Below, piece by piece: positions 46,339 to 56,129 of a stretch of DNA of 64,000 nt. The notes beneath the pieces are model-generated. The model did not search any database. It saw only the letters and a program-made list of their open reading frames with translations, and had not been told where the DNA came from. Both the position numbers and the translations under genes were made by a program. Each line of letters opens with the position of its first letter. Within the stretch, counting starts at the first letter, position 1. This stretch comes from Arcanobacterium sp. (lineage in GTDB: Bacteria > Actinomycetota > Actinomycetes > Actinomycetales > Actinomycetaceae), in contig JALFSN010000006.1 in assembly GCA_022778805.1 (NCBI GenBank), forward strand, positions 153,008 through 217,007, given 5' to 3'.

Positions 46339-46862
46339 TTTTCACATCCTTGTTGTTTCGTGTGCCAGCCCATCGATAGCTCTTTCATCTCATTGCCATA
46401 GCAGGCAGCTATGGCCGCACTAAAAATCGCTAACCATCTGTGGCAATGTCGTCTGGGATTGCATCACCACCGCTAGCTAGGTCTTTAGGCGCAGATCAGC
46501 ACTAGCACAGTTGTAATACTACTCACACCACATGGCAGTAGTGAAATTATGCCCGCATCTTTTTGGAATAGAACTGCCACATGCGCCAAAAATCCCGTAA
46601 TCTAGCCAAAAAATGCATATCTCATTATTTTCCTACCGCCGCGTCTACAGCTCATCATCACTAATTTTTACCCGTGACGGCGTACCCAGCCGCCCACAAA
46701 TTGGAAAATGCCAAAAAATTTTTAGGACTTTTGCCCCAGCGTTTGACGAACTAAGCTAGACTCACATCAGACTCAGGTGGAAGCCTCATCTTCGCTGCGC
46801 ATCATGCTCATGTGAGATCGCAGGCCAAGCAGAGTGTACGTCACAGCGACAAAGGAGTTCAC

Positions 46863-47744
46863 ATGGCGATTTTGCTTGCCTTTACCGATACGAAAGCTGG
46901 CCGCGATGCCCTCAAGCTCGCCGTCATTATGGCTCGGAGCCTCCATACCACTATCCACGCCGTCACCGTCGTGGTGAACCGCCCGTCCGTCACGGTGCCG
47001 CCCGACGCCAAATACAACAAGCTCGTGACGCGGCAATCAGGAAAATGGCTCAAGAAAGCCGTCTCGCAGATCCCCGTTGAGGTGAAGACGCACGTGCGCC
47101 GCGCAAACAGCCCCGCCGCCGGATTGCTCGCAGCCATTGACGAATTCTCCCCCAGCTTTCTGGTGATTGCCGGAGGCCGCCACGGCGCCACCGGAAAAGT
47201 GTCGTTAGGCTCTGTGGGGCAGACGCTGCTGAACGCCTCGCCGGTGCCGGTAGCTCTCGCACCGCGCGGATACCGCAAGCGCACCGACGTACGCGCCATC
47301 ACCGAAGTCACCGTTGGAGCCGACAAACGCCCTGGCAATGCCAACCTCATGAAGTTTGCCATCGCCATCGCCAAAGAGGCGGCCGCCCCACTGCGCCTGC
47401 TCTCGCTCATCGCCGTCGATAAGCGCGGCAAAATCTCGGAGTTGGAAAAAGAGGCACGCAGCCACATTGATGCTGTCTACTCCACAGCCGTGAAAGAACT
47501 CGGCAAAAAATATCCCATTGAACGCTCAGTAGTCAAAGGGACATCCGTAGAAAAGGCTACTGCGTCAGTGAAGTGGGATCTTGGCGGAATAGCTCTGCTC
47601 GGATCGTCGTCACTCGCATTCCCTAAACGCGCGTTTATGGGCAACGTTGCCAACCACATTTTGCGAGAGTTGCCCGTGCCGCTCGTCGTCGTGCCAAAAG
47701 ATGGCGATATGGACGCGATTATTTCGGAATACTGCAACGACTAA
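46863..47744 (+). CDS. Universal stress protein (tandem USP domains)
   Basis: 293 aa from ATG 46863 (AAAGGAG RBS). Two USP halves, each ending in a G-x2-G-x9-GS-like motif (GRHGATGKVSLGSVGQ and the C-terminal half). Confidence 0.75.
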   Translation: MAILLAFTDTKAGRDALKLAVIMARSLHTTIHAVTVVVNRPSVTVPPDAKYNKLVTRQSGKWLKKAVSQIPVEVKTHVRRANSPAAGLLAAIDEFSPSFLVIAGGRHGATGKVSLGSVGQTLLNASPVPVALAPRGYRKRTDVRAITEVTVGADKRPGNANLMKFAIAIAKEAAAPLRLLSLIAVDKRGKISELEKEARSHIDAVYSTAVKELGKKYPIERSVVKGTSVEKATASVKWDLGGIALLGSSSLAFPKRAFMGNVANHILRELPVPLVVVPKDGDMDAIISEYCND

Positions 47745-47775
47745 TACTGCAACGACTAATGCCCAAGGTAGTGCA

Positions 47776-49335
47776 ATGGTTAATACTCACGTGAATACTT
47801 CAGAGACCGCAGACACAAAAGAAAAGAGCGGGAAAGGTCTCTCCGCTGGCTCCGTCACGTTTATGGGAGCCGTCGTCATCGGACTGAGCTGCATCGCCCC
47901 GCCTTACACCCTCACTGGCTCTATTGGCCCTACTGCCTCTGCTGTCGGCCTGCAGATGCCAGCCATTTTCCTCATTGGGTTTATCCCCATGTTGCTTGTG
48001 GCTTTCGGATACCGTGAACTCAATAAAGCCATGCCGGATTCGGGCACGAGCTTCACCTGGGGGGTGCGCGCCTACGGGCCGTATTTAGGGTGGATGACGG
48101 GCTGGGGACTCGTGATTGCCACCACCGTGGTGCTCTCTAATCTCGCAGGCATTGCCGTCGATTTCTTCTATCTAGCGCTCTCGCAAATTTTCCACAATCC
48201 AGATATTGCCGGACTCTCCGATAACGTGTGGATCAACGTGGCCACCTGCTTGGTGTTTATGGCTGGCGCTACGTACATTTCCTATCGAGACATGCAGACC
48301 ACCCAAAAGTTACAATACGTGATGGTGACGGCGGAGCTCGTGATTTTCGTGCTCTTTGGTGCAGTGATGTTTTACCAGGCTTACACTGGCAACGCCCCGC
48401 ATTTCACCCCGATTGAGGCCTCGTGGTTTAACCCTCTGGAACTCGACTCAATTTCGGCGCTGAGCGCCGGCGTCTCCGTCTCTCTTTTCGTCTATTGGGG
48501 CTGGGACGTGGTGCTCACGATGAATGAGGAGACGGAAAATGCTTCCGTGACGTCGGGGCGAGCGGCTACGGCCACTATTCTCATCGTGGTAGCAATCTAT
48601 ATGTTCGTGACTCTCGGAGCTATGACGTATGCCGGCGTGGGAAATACCGATCTCGGCCTCGCCAATCCCGAAATCGCCGAAAACGTGTTCGTGGAACTGG
48701 CTGGCCCCGTGCTCGGGCCACTGGCAATTTTAATCTCGCTCGCCGTGCTCGTCTCCTCTATGGCATCCTTGCAATCCACATTCGTTGGCCCTGCCCGCAC
48801 CTTGCTGGCAATGGGCTATTACGGCGGGCTGCCGAAAAAATTTGCGTGGATTCACTCCCGCTTCTTCACCCCCAGCTTTGCCACCGTATCGGCAGGGTTG
48901 GTGGCTGGCACTTTCTATGCCATTATGCGGGTGCTCTCCGAAAACGTCTTGTGGGACACCGTCACCACTCTCGGAGCCATGATCTGCTTCTACTATGGCC
49001 TCACCTCGCTCGCCTGCGTGGTGTATTTCCGCAAGCGGTGGTTTAAGAGCGTGAGAAATTTCTTCATGACGTTCCTCTTCCCACTGCTCGGTGCTCTCCT
49101 TCTCTTTGTACTGCTGGGCATCACCGTGTGGGATTCGCGCGATCCTGCTTTCGGCTCTGGATCTGAAATATTCGGAGTGGGGCTGGTATTCGTCCTCACG
49201 ATTGCCCTCATCGTATTAGGACTCGTGCTTATGCTGGTTTATCGCTTCGTGAAGCCCGATTTCTTCAAGAGCCAGCTCGCCCTCAAGCGATCCGTCGCTC
49301 CACGCGATTACGACGAAGAGTTCTCCGCCGTGTGA
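47776..49335 (+). CDS. APC-superfamily amino acid permease
   Basis: 519 aa from ATG 47776 (AAGG RBS) with 12-13 TM and an APC-type N-terminal region (LSAGSVTFMGAVVIGLSCIAPPYT). Confidence 0.8.
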   Translation: MVNTHVNTSETADTKEKSGKGLSAGSVTFMGAVVIGLSCIAPPYTLTGSIGPTASAVGLQMPAIFLIGFIPMLLVAFGYRELNKAMPDSGTSFTWGVRAYGPYLGWMTGWGLVIATTVVLSNLAGIAVDFFYLALSQIFHNPDIAGLSDNVWINVATCLVFMAGATYISYRDMQTTQKLQYVMVTAELVIFVLFGAVMFYQAYTGNAPHFTPIEASWFNPLELDSISALSAGVSVSLFVYWGWDVVLTMNEETENASVTSGRAATATILIVVAIYMFVTLGAMTYAGVGNTDLGLANPEIAENVFVELAGPVLGPLAILISLAVLVSSMASLQSTFVGPARTLLAMGYYGGLPKKFAWIHSRFFTPSFATVSAGLVAGTFYAIMRVLSENVLWDTVTTLGAMICFYYGLTSLACVVYFRKRWFKSVRNFFMTFLFPLLGALLLFVLLGITVWDSRDPAFGSGSEIFGVGLVFVLTIALIVLGLVLMLVYRFVKPDFFKSQLALKRSVAPRDYDEEFSAV

Positions 49336-49344
49336 ACAACAATT

Positions 49345-49406
49345 GCTCGTTGGGCTCCCCGTCTCGCTCTTGCAGCCTTGCTCTTGTAGCGGGGAACCCA
49401 ACGAGC
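49345..49406. terminator. Long stem-loop between the convergent APC and BCCT genes
   Basis: 17-bp stem GCTCGTTGGGCTCCCCG / CGGGGAACCCAACGAGC with one mismatch and a 28-nt loop. Confidence 0.5.
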
Positions 49407-49409
49407 ACT

Positions 49410-51221
49410 TCACTTACGTTTCTTCGTGCGCTCGTAGGGATGCGCCATGCGTGCCATACGAGCTTTTGCACGCTCAATCTCGGCACGCTCACGAAGATGA
49501 CGGCGTTCCACAGCGAGCTGACGGTTAAAACGTTCCTGCTCACGCTGGTCTAAATAAATCACATCGCTGCGCAAATCTTTCACAATGGCAAACATCAGAG
49601 CGACGATTACAAACAGGAACGGCGTGGCAGCCACGATCGTCACTGACTGGATATTATTCAAGGCGGCGTCACCGCCCGAGATTAAGAGCGTCAAACCGAT
49701 CAACGCCGTCACTAAACCCCACGCGCCACTCAGCCACGGAGACGCCGTTGAACGTCCCCCTTGAGAAATGGATCCCATCACGGTAGAAGCCGAATCGGCC
49801 GAGGTAATGAAAAATGTGGCGAGCAGCAGCACAGCCACCACGCCCATCACCACACCGCCTGGAAGTTTGTGCAGCAAATTAAACAGCTGTTCCTGAGCGC
49901 TGCCGTCGCCGTAAATCGAATTATTCTGCTGCTCAAACCAGATGGCAGAACCGCCAAAAATGGCAAACCACACGGTGGAAAGTCCAGCCGGTACCAAGAG
50001 CACGCCCATGCAAAACTCGCGGATTGAGCGGCCGCGCGAAATGCGTGCAATAAACATACCCACAAACGGCGACCATGAAATCCACCACGCCCAATAGAAA
50101 ATTGTCCATCCAGAGAGCCATTCGCCCGCAGTGCCGTTTGCCGCCTCAGCAGTGCGCCCAGCCATCTCGAAAAAATTCGACATATACGCACCGATGGAAC
50201 CAGGAAGCAGGTTGAGCTGCGCAATCGTCGGCCCCATTACAAACACGAAAATGGCAAGCACTCCAGCGAGCACCATATTCGTATTCGACAAGATGCGAAT
50301 GCCTTTGCCCACGCCAGACATGGCCGATATCAAAAATGCGAGGGTGAGCACCGAGACCACACCCACGATTAACCCCATCCCTGGATTCTTCACGAACCCT
50401 GCGGCTTCCAAGCCAGCACGAATTTGCAAAGCGCCCAATCCGAGCGAACAGGCAGTGCCGAAAACGGTAGCAAAAATTGAGAGCACATCAATAATGCGCC
50501 CCAGCACGCCGTTGGCATTCTTCTCCCCGATAAGCGGAGTAAAGGCAGAAGAGATCAGCTGTTTGCGCCCTACCCGAAAAGTGGAGTAAGCAATCGCAAG
50601 ACCCACAATGGCATACATTGCCCACGGGTGAAGAGTCCAGTGGAACATTGCGGTGGCCATTGCCGTGCCCACCTCGTTCGCATTATGGCCAGGCACTCCC
50701 TCCCGATAGAAAGCCAGCGGCTCAGAGGCGCCATAAAACATCAAGCCAATTCCCATGCCCGCAGCAAACATCATGGCAATCCACGAGCCGTTGGAAAATT
50801 CTGGCTGCTCATCTACGGAGCCTAACCGGATTGATCCAAATTTCGAGAAAGCCACCCACATCACGAACACCACAAATACCGTGCCAAAGAGCACGAAGGC
50901 CCAGCCAAGATTGTCCAGCACCCAAGCGAAAGCGGTGCTTGAAGTGTGAGCGAAATTTTCCGGAGCTCCTAAACCCCAGGCCACCGTGGCTAATACCAGG
51001 AGCATCGCAGGAGCCACCACAGACCACGAAATTTTCGTGTCCTCCGTCTCAGAGGCAAGCTCAATCGGTTTTTCTTGAATATCAGCCGCATTCACGTATT
51101 GCTCTACCGAGATCATTGCGGCCAGCGCCGACGTGGCACTGGAGCTAGCATCCAGCGGTTTACTCACGGTGTATTCTCTATTACCTTTTTCTCTATCTTC
51201 TTCCGTTTTGTCCTTATCCAT
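49410..51221 (-). CDS. BCCT family transporter (betaine/carnitine/choline-type)
   Basis: BCCT signature region [32 protein letters not shown] with 12 TM. The start is uncertain: ATG 51221, or TTG 51257 as in the track. No clear RBS. Confidence 0.85.
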   Translation of the reverse strand: MDKDKTEEDREKGNREYTVSKPLDASSSATSALAAMISVEQYVNAADIQEKPIELASETEDTKISWSVVAPAMLLVLATVAWGLGAPENFAHTSSTAFAWVLDNLGWAFVLFGTVFVVFVMWVAFSKFGSIRLGSVDEQPEFSNGSWIAMMFAAGMGIGLMFYGASEPLAFYREGVPGHNANEVGTAMATAMFHWTLHPWAMYAIVGLAIAYSTFRVGRKQLISSAFTPLIGEKNANGVLGRIIDVLSIFATVFGTACSLGLGALQIRAGLEAAGFVKNPGMGLIVGVVSVLTLAFLISAMSGVGKGIRILSNTNMVLAGVLAIFVFVMGPTIAQLNLLPGSIGAYMSNFFEMAGRTAEAANGTAGEWLSGWTIFYWAWWISWSPFVGMFIARISRGRSIREFCMGVLLVPAGLSTVWFAIFGGSAIWFEQQNNSIYGDGSAQEQLFNLLHKLPGGVVMGVVAVLLLATFFITSADSASTVMGSISQGGRSTASPWLSGAWGLVTALIGLTLLISGGDAALNNIQSVTIVAATPFLFVIVALMFAIVKDLRSDVIYLDQREQERFNRQLAVERRHLRERAEIERAKARMARMAHPYERTKKRK

Positions 51222-51688
51222 AGTTGTCAGTCTGGTAAAACAGAGCCGACAATTCAAACGACTAGCAATTTCAGGCCGCGATGCCGAGATATCTCACATG
51301 CGCGCCGTGCGTATGAGCCGTGCGTATGTGTAGCGAGTGGCCAGCGTACGAGCGGCGCACAAGCGCTGGGCGGACAGGCGCGCAGGCAGCGCGTGCATAG
51401 CGTGTGAACTGTGCGTGAACAGAGCACAGTAAGCAGCGCGTGACCGGCAGGTGAGCCATGCTGAGCAGGAGTATGCAGCACGCGAATACGCGAGAAAATA
51501 GGAGAGAGCTAGAAAGCCTCACGCATTTTTGTGCTTCCGCTTTCCAGCTCTCCCTATATTCCTGTGTGCGTATAGTTTACGTGTGGTTTGGCGCTTGTAC
51601 CGTTAGCTAGCGCTAGCTTCTCTCGCTAGCTTTAGCGCCTCGCTAGCTTTGCGCTCGTGTCTGTGGGTACACGCGCCTCTAACCTCTG

Positions 51689-53062
51689 CTAGTTCTCCAC
51701 ATAGTAGAGTTGCTTGTTCACAAATTCTTCCATGCCCAGCGGGCCAAGCTCACGGCCATAGCCAGAATGCTTAACTCCTCCGAAAGGCAACTCGGCTCCT
51801 TCACCAGATGGAGTATTGACGTTGGCCATGCCCGCTTCAATCTGCTTGGCCACGGCCTTAGCACGCTCAGGATCTTGAGAGAATACTGCGCTGCCCAGGC
51901 CAAAACGAGTGTCGTTGGCCACCTCCACAGCTTCCGCATCCGAGTGGACACAATACACTTCAGCTACAGGGCCGAAGAATTCGTCGTAATACGAATCAGA
52001 GCCACGCTTGATATCTACGACCACGGCAGGAGATACATAGTAGCCCGTGTCGCTTCGTTCACCTCCTACGAGAATCTTTCCCCCGTCTGCTGGTACCCGA
52101 GCGAGCTGCTCCATCAGATGATCTGCTGCGCTCTGGGACGAGAGCGGCGAATAGACGTGCTCGTCGTCAGCCTCAAGCGGCGTTCCTGGCTTCATACCTT
52201 TGGCCAACTCCACCAGCTCCTGCACGAATTCGTCGTAGATGTCGTCCATCACGATGATGCGCTTATTCGAGTTGCACACTTGCCCTGTATTGGCCATGCG
52301 GAAATCCCACGCCTGCTTTGCACTGGCTTTCACGTCGGCAGAGTCGAGCACGATGTAGGGATCCGTGCCGCCCAGTTCCAGCACGCTCTTCTTGAGATGC
52401 TGGCCAGCGAGCGAACCGATGACGCGCCCCGCGCCCTCTGAACCCGTGAGCGCTACTCCTTGCACCCGAGGATCAGCAATGATCGTCGCCACCTGATCGT
52501 GAGTGGCAAAGACGTTGGTATAAACGCCTTTCGGCAATCCGGCATCGCTAAAAATTTTCTCAATAGCCAGCGCTGATTCGCCGCACACGTCTGCATCTTT
52601 GAGCAAAATCGTATTGCCGAGCATGAGGTTTGGCGCCCCAAACCGCACGATCTGATAGAACGGGAAATTCCACGGCTCCACCCCGAGCAGCACCCCAATG
52701 GGGAGTCGGCGAATCATCGCTGTGCCGTTGCTCAGCGTGGGGATTTCTCGATCTTTCGTGAGCTCCTCGCCATGTTCGGCGTAATAGTAGAGCATATCCT
52801 TGGCAAATTCGGCCTCGTCCACGGCCTCCTGATGGGGTTTGCCCATTTCGCGGCCGACGATCTGGGCGAGCTCTTCTTTCCGCTCGCTAAAAAGATCGCC
52901 AGCTTTCTTCAAAAGTTCGCCGCGCTCAGCCATTGGCCGCGCCGACCACTCTTTATATGCTTCAGCCGCGCCGGCAATTGCCGCCTCGATATCCGCATCT
53001 GTCGCATAGTCAAATGATTTTTCCAGTTCTCCGGTGACCGGATTTTGCACTCGATAAGCCAT
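51689..53062 (-). CDS. sad: Sad/YneI-type NAD+-dependent succinate-semialdehyde dehydrogenase
   Basis: 457 aa ALDH. Catalytic LELGG...GQVC motifs (VLELGGTDP, NTGQVCNSNKR). It aligns end-to-end by eye with E. coli YneI. GAAGGAG RBS. Confidence 0.75.
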   Translation of the reverse strand: MAYRVQNPVTGELEKSFDYATDADIEAAIAGAAEAYKEWSARPMAERGELLKKAGDLFSERKEELAQIVGREMGKPHQEAVDEAEFAKDMLYYYAEHGEELTKDREIPTLSNGTAMIRRLPIGVLLGVEPWNFPFYQIVRFGAPNLMLGNTILLKDADVCGESALAIEKIFSDAGLPKGVYTNVFATHDQVATIIADPRVQGVALTGSEGAGRVIGSLAGQHLKKSVLELGGTDPYIVLDSADVKASAKQAWDFRMANTGQVCNSNKRIIVMDDIYDEFVQELVELAKGMKPGTPLEADDEHVYSPLSSQSAADHLMEQLARVPADGGKILVGGERSDTGYYVSPAVVVDIKRGSDSYYDEFFGPVAEVYCVHSDAEAVEVANDTRFGLGSAVFSQDPERAKAVAKQIEAGMANVNTPSGEGAELPFGGVKHSGYGRELGPLGMEEFVNKQLYYVEN

Positions 53063-53182
53063 GCTTATTCAACTCCTTCGTTGTTGCTTTGCTGTGCGAC
53101 GCACTCCTTTGTTTGTGCGGAGCACTGCCTCATTTTTCGCCGTGTTTCTCTCCCGCGCTCTTCTCTCGCGGTACTTCTCTTC

Positions 53183-54658
53183 TCACCATGCCACTGAGAA
53201 GTACTGCGTCTCCTGGAATTCACGGATACCTTCGCGGGCGCCCTCACGCCCAATGCCGGATTGCTTGTACCCGCCAAATGGCGCTGCTGGATCTGAGACC
53301 AATCCGCGATTGACGCCGAGCATGCCCGTCTCGATTTTCTCTCCCATCCGTAGACACCACTGCAGATCGCCGAAGATATAGCCGGCGAGGCCAGCCTCGG
53401 TGTGATTCACAGCAGCGAGTAGTTCATCCTCATCTTTCCAGGCGAGAACCGGCGCCACAGGGCCAAAGATTTCGTTGGCAAAAAGCGGCGAATCGTTATC
53501 TGGTACCTGCACAATCTGCGGAGCTACAAAGAACCCCTTATCCGCTTTCATCTCTGCTGCGGCATACACGCGAGCGCCAGCGGCGAGAGCTTCATCAATG
53601 AGAGCGTTGATCTTCGTGCGCGCCTTGGCATTAACCATAGGGCCAATCTCCACTCCCTCAGTAAAAGCAGAACCTACCGTGAGTGCTTTCACCCGCTGGG
53701 CAAACTTACTCAAAAATTCGTCCATGAGCGATTCGTGCACGTAGAAACGGTTAGCGGCCGTGCAGGCTTGGCCAGCATTGCGGAACTTTGCCACCATGGC
53801 ACCCTCCACAGCGGCGTCAATATCAGCATGAGGGCCGACGATAAACGGCGCATTGCCACCGAGTTCCATTCCAGTATTGACCACCCGTTTGGCGGCTTCC
53901 TGCAAAAGCGAGATGCCGACGCCCGTCGATCCGGTGAAGCTCATCATGCGCACGCGCTCGTCGTCCAGCCACGTAGAGGAGATATCCCCTGAATGCCGCG
54001 AAGGCACCACATTGACGACGCCAGCCGGTACACCCGCCTGGGTGAGAATTTGAGCCACGGCCAAAGCGCTGAGCGGAGTCTCAGAAGCCGGCTTGAGCAC
54101 CACTGTGCATCCAGCAGCCAAAGCTGGGCCAATCTTGCGGGTAGCCATTGCCTCGGGGAAATTCCACGGCGTCACCAACGCCGCCACTCCTACTGGATGA
54201 TGGGTGACGATCGTGCGAGTGCCGCCTGCTGGGGATATGGCGTAATCTCCCTCAGAGCGCACTGCTTCTTCGGAGAACCAGCGGAAAAATTCCGCAGCGT
54301 AGTTCACCTCGGAGAGCGAATCGCTGATAGCTTTTCCATTTTCCCAGCTCATCAGGGCAGCGAGTTCATCCTTGTGGTCTATCATCAGCCCCCAAGCAGC
54401 GCGCAGAATCTCTCCACGCTCACGCGGAGCAGTATCACGCCAGCTTTCAAAGGCTGCAGCTGCAGCATCCACGGCAGCTTTAGCATCGGCAACGGAGCCA
54501 TTGGCAATCTGCGTGATTTCTTCTTCGGTAGCTGGATCATAGACGGCGAACGTCTCGCCACTGCTCGCTGCCCGCCCTTCGCCATTAATCCACAGGCCAT
54601 GCGCCGGATCTAGGCGCTCCAACAAATCACGAGCAATCGCTGGGATTTCAATGCTCAT
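53183..54658 (-). CDS. gabD: GabD-type NAD(P)+-dependent succinate-semialdehyde dehydrogenase
   Basis: 491 aa ALDH with MELGGNAP and NAGQACTAANR motifs, inside the gabT cluster. Confidence 0.8.
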   Translation of the reverse strand: MSIEIPAIARDLLERLDPAHGLWINGEGRAASSGETFAVYDPATEEEITQIANGSVADAKAAVDAAAAAFESWRDTAPRERGEILRAAWGLMIDHKDELAALMSWENGKAISDSLSEVNYAAEFFRWFSEEAVRSEGDYAISPAGGTRTIVTHHPVGVAALVTPWNFPEAMATRKIGPALAAGCTVVLKPASETPLSALAVAQILTQAGVPAGVVNVVPSRHSGDISSTWLDDERVRMMSFTGSTGVGISLLQEAAKRVVNTGMELGGNAPFIVGPHADIDAAVEGAMVAKFRNAGQACTAANRFYVHESLMDEFLSKFAQRVKALTVGSAFTEGVEIGPMVNAKARTKINALIDEALAAGARVYAAAEMKADKGFFVAPQIVQVPDNDSPLFANEIFGPVAPVLAWKDEDELLAAVNHTEAGLAGYIFGDLQWCLRMGEKIETGMLGVNRGLVSDPAAPFGGYKQSGIGREGAREGIREFQETQYFSVAW

Positions 54659-54875
54659 CGTATCCTCATCTCTTTAATTTTTACTTCTACACTCTACTTT
54701 TATGCCTATGCCTATCGTTGCCAGCCTTCGCATACGGCAGGCGACAAACAGACAGCAAGCGCGGCGCGACAGCCAGAACGGCTATAGCTTGCGCCCGCAT
54801 GAGCGCGATACTCCCTTCGGCGGGACATCACTCCTGCGGGCGCTGCAAGCTAGAGCCGAATCAGAGATCGCGGGA

Positions 54876-56126
54876 TCACGGATAGAGTCCACGCATCTTA
54901 TGGGCATCGAGGACGCGCTCCACTGCCATTGCCCACGCCGCTTCACGGAGTGTCACCTCGTGCTTATCAGCGAATGCGACGACGTCATCCCATACCGCCA
55001 TCATTGATTTCTCCTGGGCGGTTCGTACGCGCTCAAGATCCCAGAAGAAGTTGTCGCGGCTTTGTACCCATTCGTAGTAGGAGACCAGCACGCCGCCGGA
55101 GTTAGCGAGAATATCGGGGACGATAATGACGCCTTTCTCCTTGAGGATGGCATCAGCCTCTGGCGTCGTCGGCCCGTTTGCGCCCTCTACGATGACCTTG
55201 GCTTTCACCTCGCTTGCATTCGCTCCAGTGATCACGCTCTCCACAGCAGCAGGCACAACGGCATCGACGTCAAGGAGCACTAGCTGATCTGCATCGAGCG
55301 GTTCTGCCCCTGGGAAATCTACGACTTTGCCGGTGGATTCCACGTACTCGCCCAGAGCTTTGACGTCGATACCAGCCTCGTTGTAAATCGCACCAAACAC
55401 ATCAGAGACCGCGAGTACTTTCATGCCTGCGTCGTGCATGAATACTGCCGCATCGCGGCCGACTTTGCCAAAGCCCTGCACAGCCACGGTCGCCTGGGTA
55501 AGATCGCTCACGCCAGCGCGCTCAAGAGCAGCCTTCGTCATTAAGAAGACACCGAGTGACGTGGATTCTGCTCGTCCTAGCGAACCGCCAAGGGAAACTG
55601 GCTTACCCGTGACGACGCCTGGAGCCGTATAGCCCACAGCCTGCGAGTAGGTGTCCATAAACCACGCCATCGTCTGCCCATCCGTGCCCATATCCGGAGC
55701 AGGAACGTCAATTTCCGGCCCAATCACGGGGAGAATCTCCGAGACGTAGCGGCGGGTAATGCGCTCAATTTCAGCTTTGGAGTATTCGGCTGGATCAAAC
55801 GCAATGCCACCTTTGGCACCGCCATAGGGAAGATTCAGCAGTGCACACTTCCACGTCATCAACATGGAAAGCGCCCGCACCTCATCAAGATCCACACTCT
55901 TCGCGTAGCGAATACCGCCTTTGCCTGGGCCACGGCTCCAGTTGTGCTGTACGCGATAGCCACGCAGCACTTTGACACTGCCGTCGTCACGCCTCACCGG
56001 CACCGCGACGCTCACTTCACGCCGAGGTGTGGCGAGTAACTCGTAATCTTCTTCAGAAAATCCGAGGATCTTCTGCACCTCTCGGAGCTGCTTCTTTGCA
56101 TTCTCGAAAGGATTGGCTTCACTCAT
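54876..56126 (-). CDS. Glu/Leu/Phe/Val dehydrogenase family protein (glutamate dehydrogenase, RocG/GudB-size)
   Basis: 416 aa with the active-site Lys motif (LPYGGAKGGI) and a Rossmann motif (VAVQGFGKVG). AAGGAGG RBS inside the gabT 3' end. Confidence 0.85.
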   Translation of the reverse strand: MSEANPFENAKKQLREVQKILGFSEEDYELLATPRREVSVAVPVRRDDGSVKVLRGYRVQHNWSRGPGKGGIRYAKSVDLDEVRALSMLMTWKCALLNLPYGGAKGGIAFDPAEYSKAEIERITRRYVSEILPVIGPEIDVPAPDMGTDGQTMAWFMDTYSQAVGYTAPGVVTGKPVSLGGSLGRAESTSLGVFLMTKAALERAGVSDLTQATVAVQGFGKVGRDAAVFMHDAGMKVLAVSDVFGAIYNEAGIDVKALGEYVESTGKVVDFPGAEPLDADQLVLLDVDAVVPAAVESVITGANASEVKAKVIVEGANGPTTPEADAILKEKGVIIVPDILANSGGVLVSYYEWVQSRDNFFWDLERVRTAQEKSMMAVWDDVVAFADKHEVTLREAAWAMAVERVLDAHKMRGLYP

Positions 56127-56129
56127 ACT

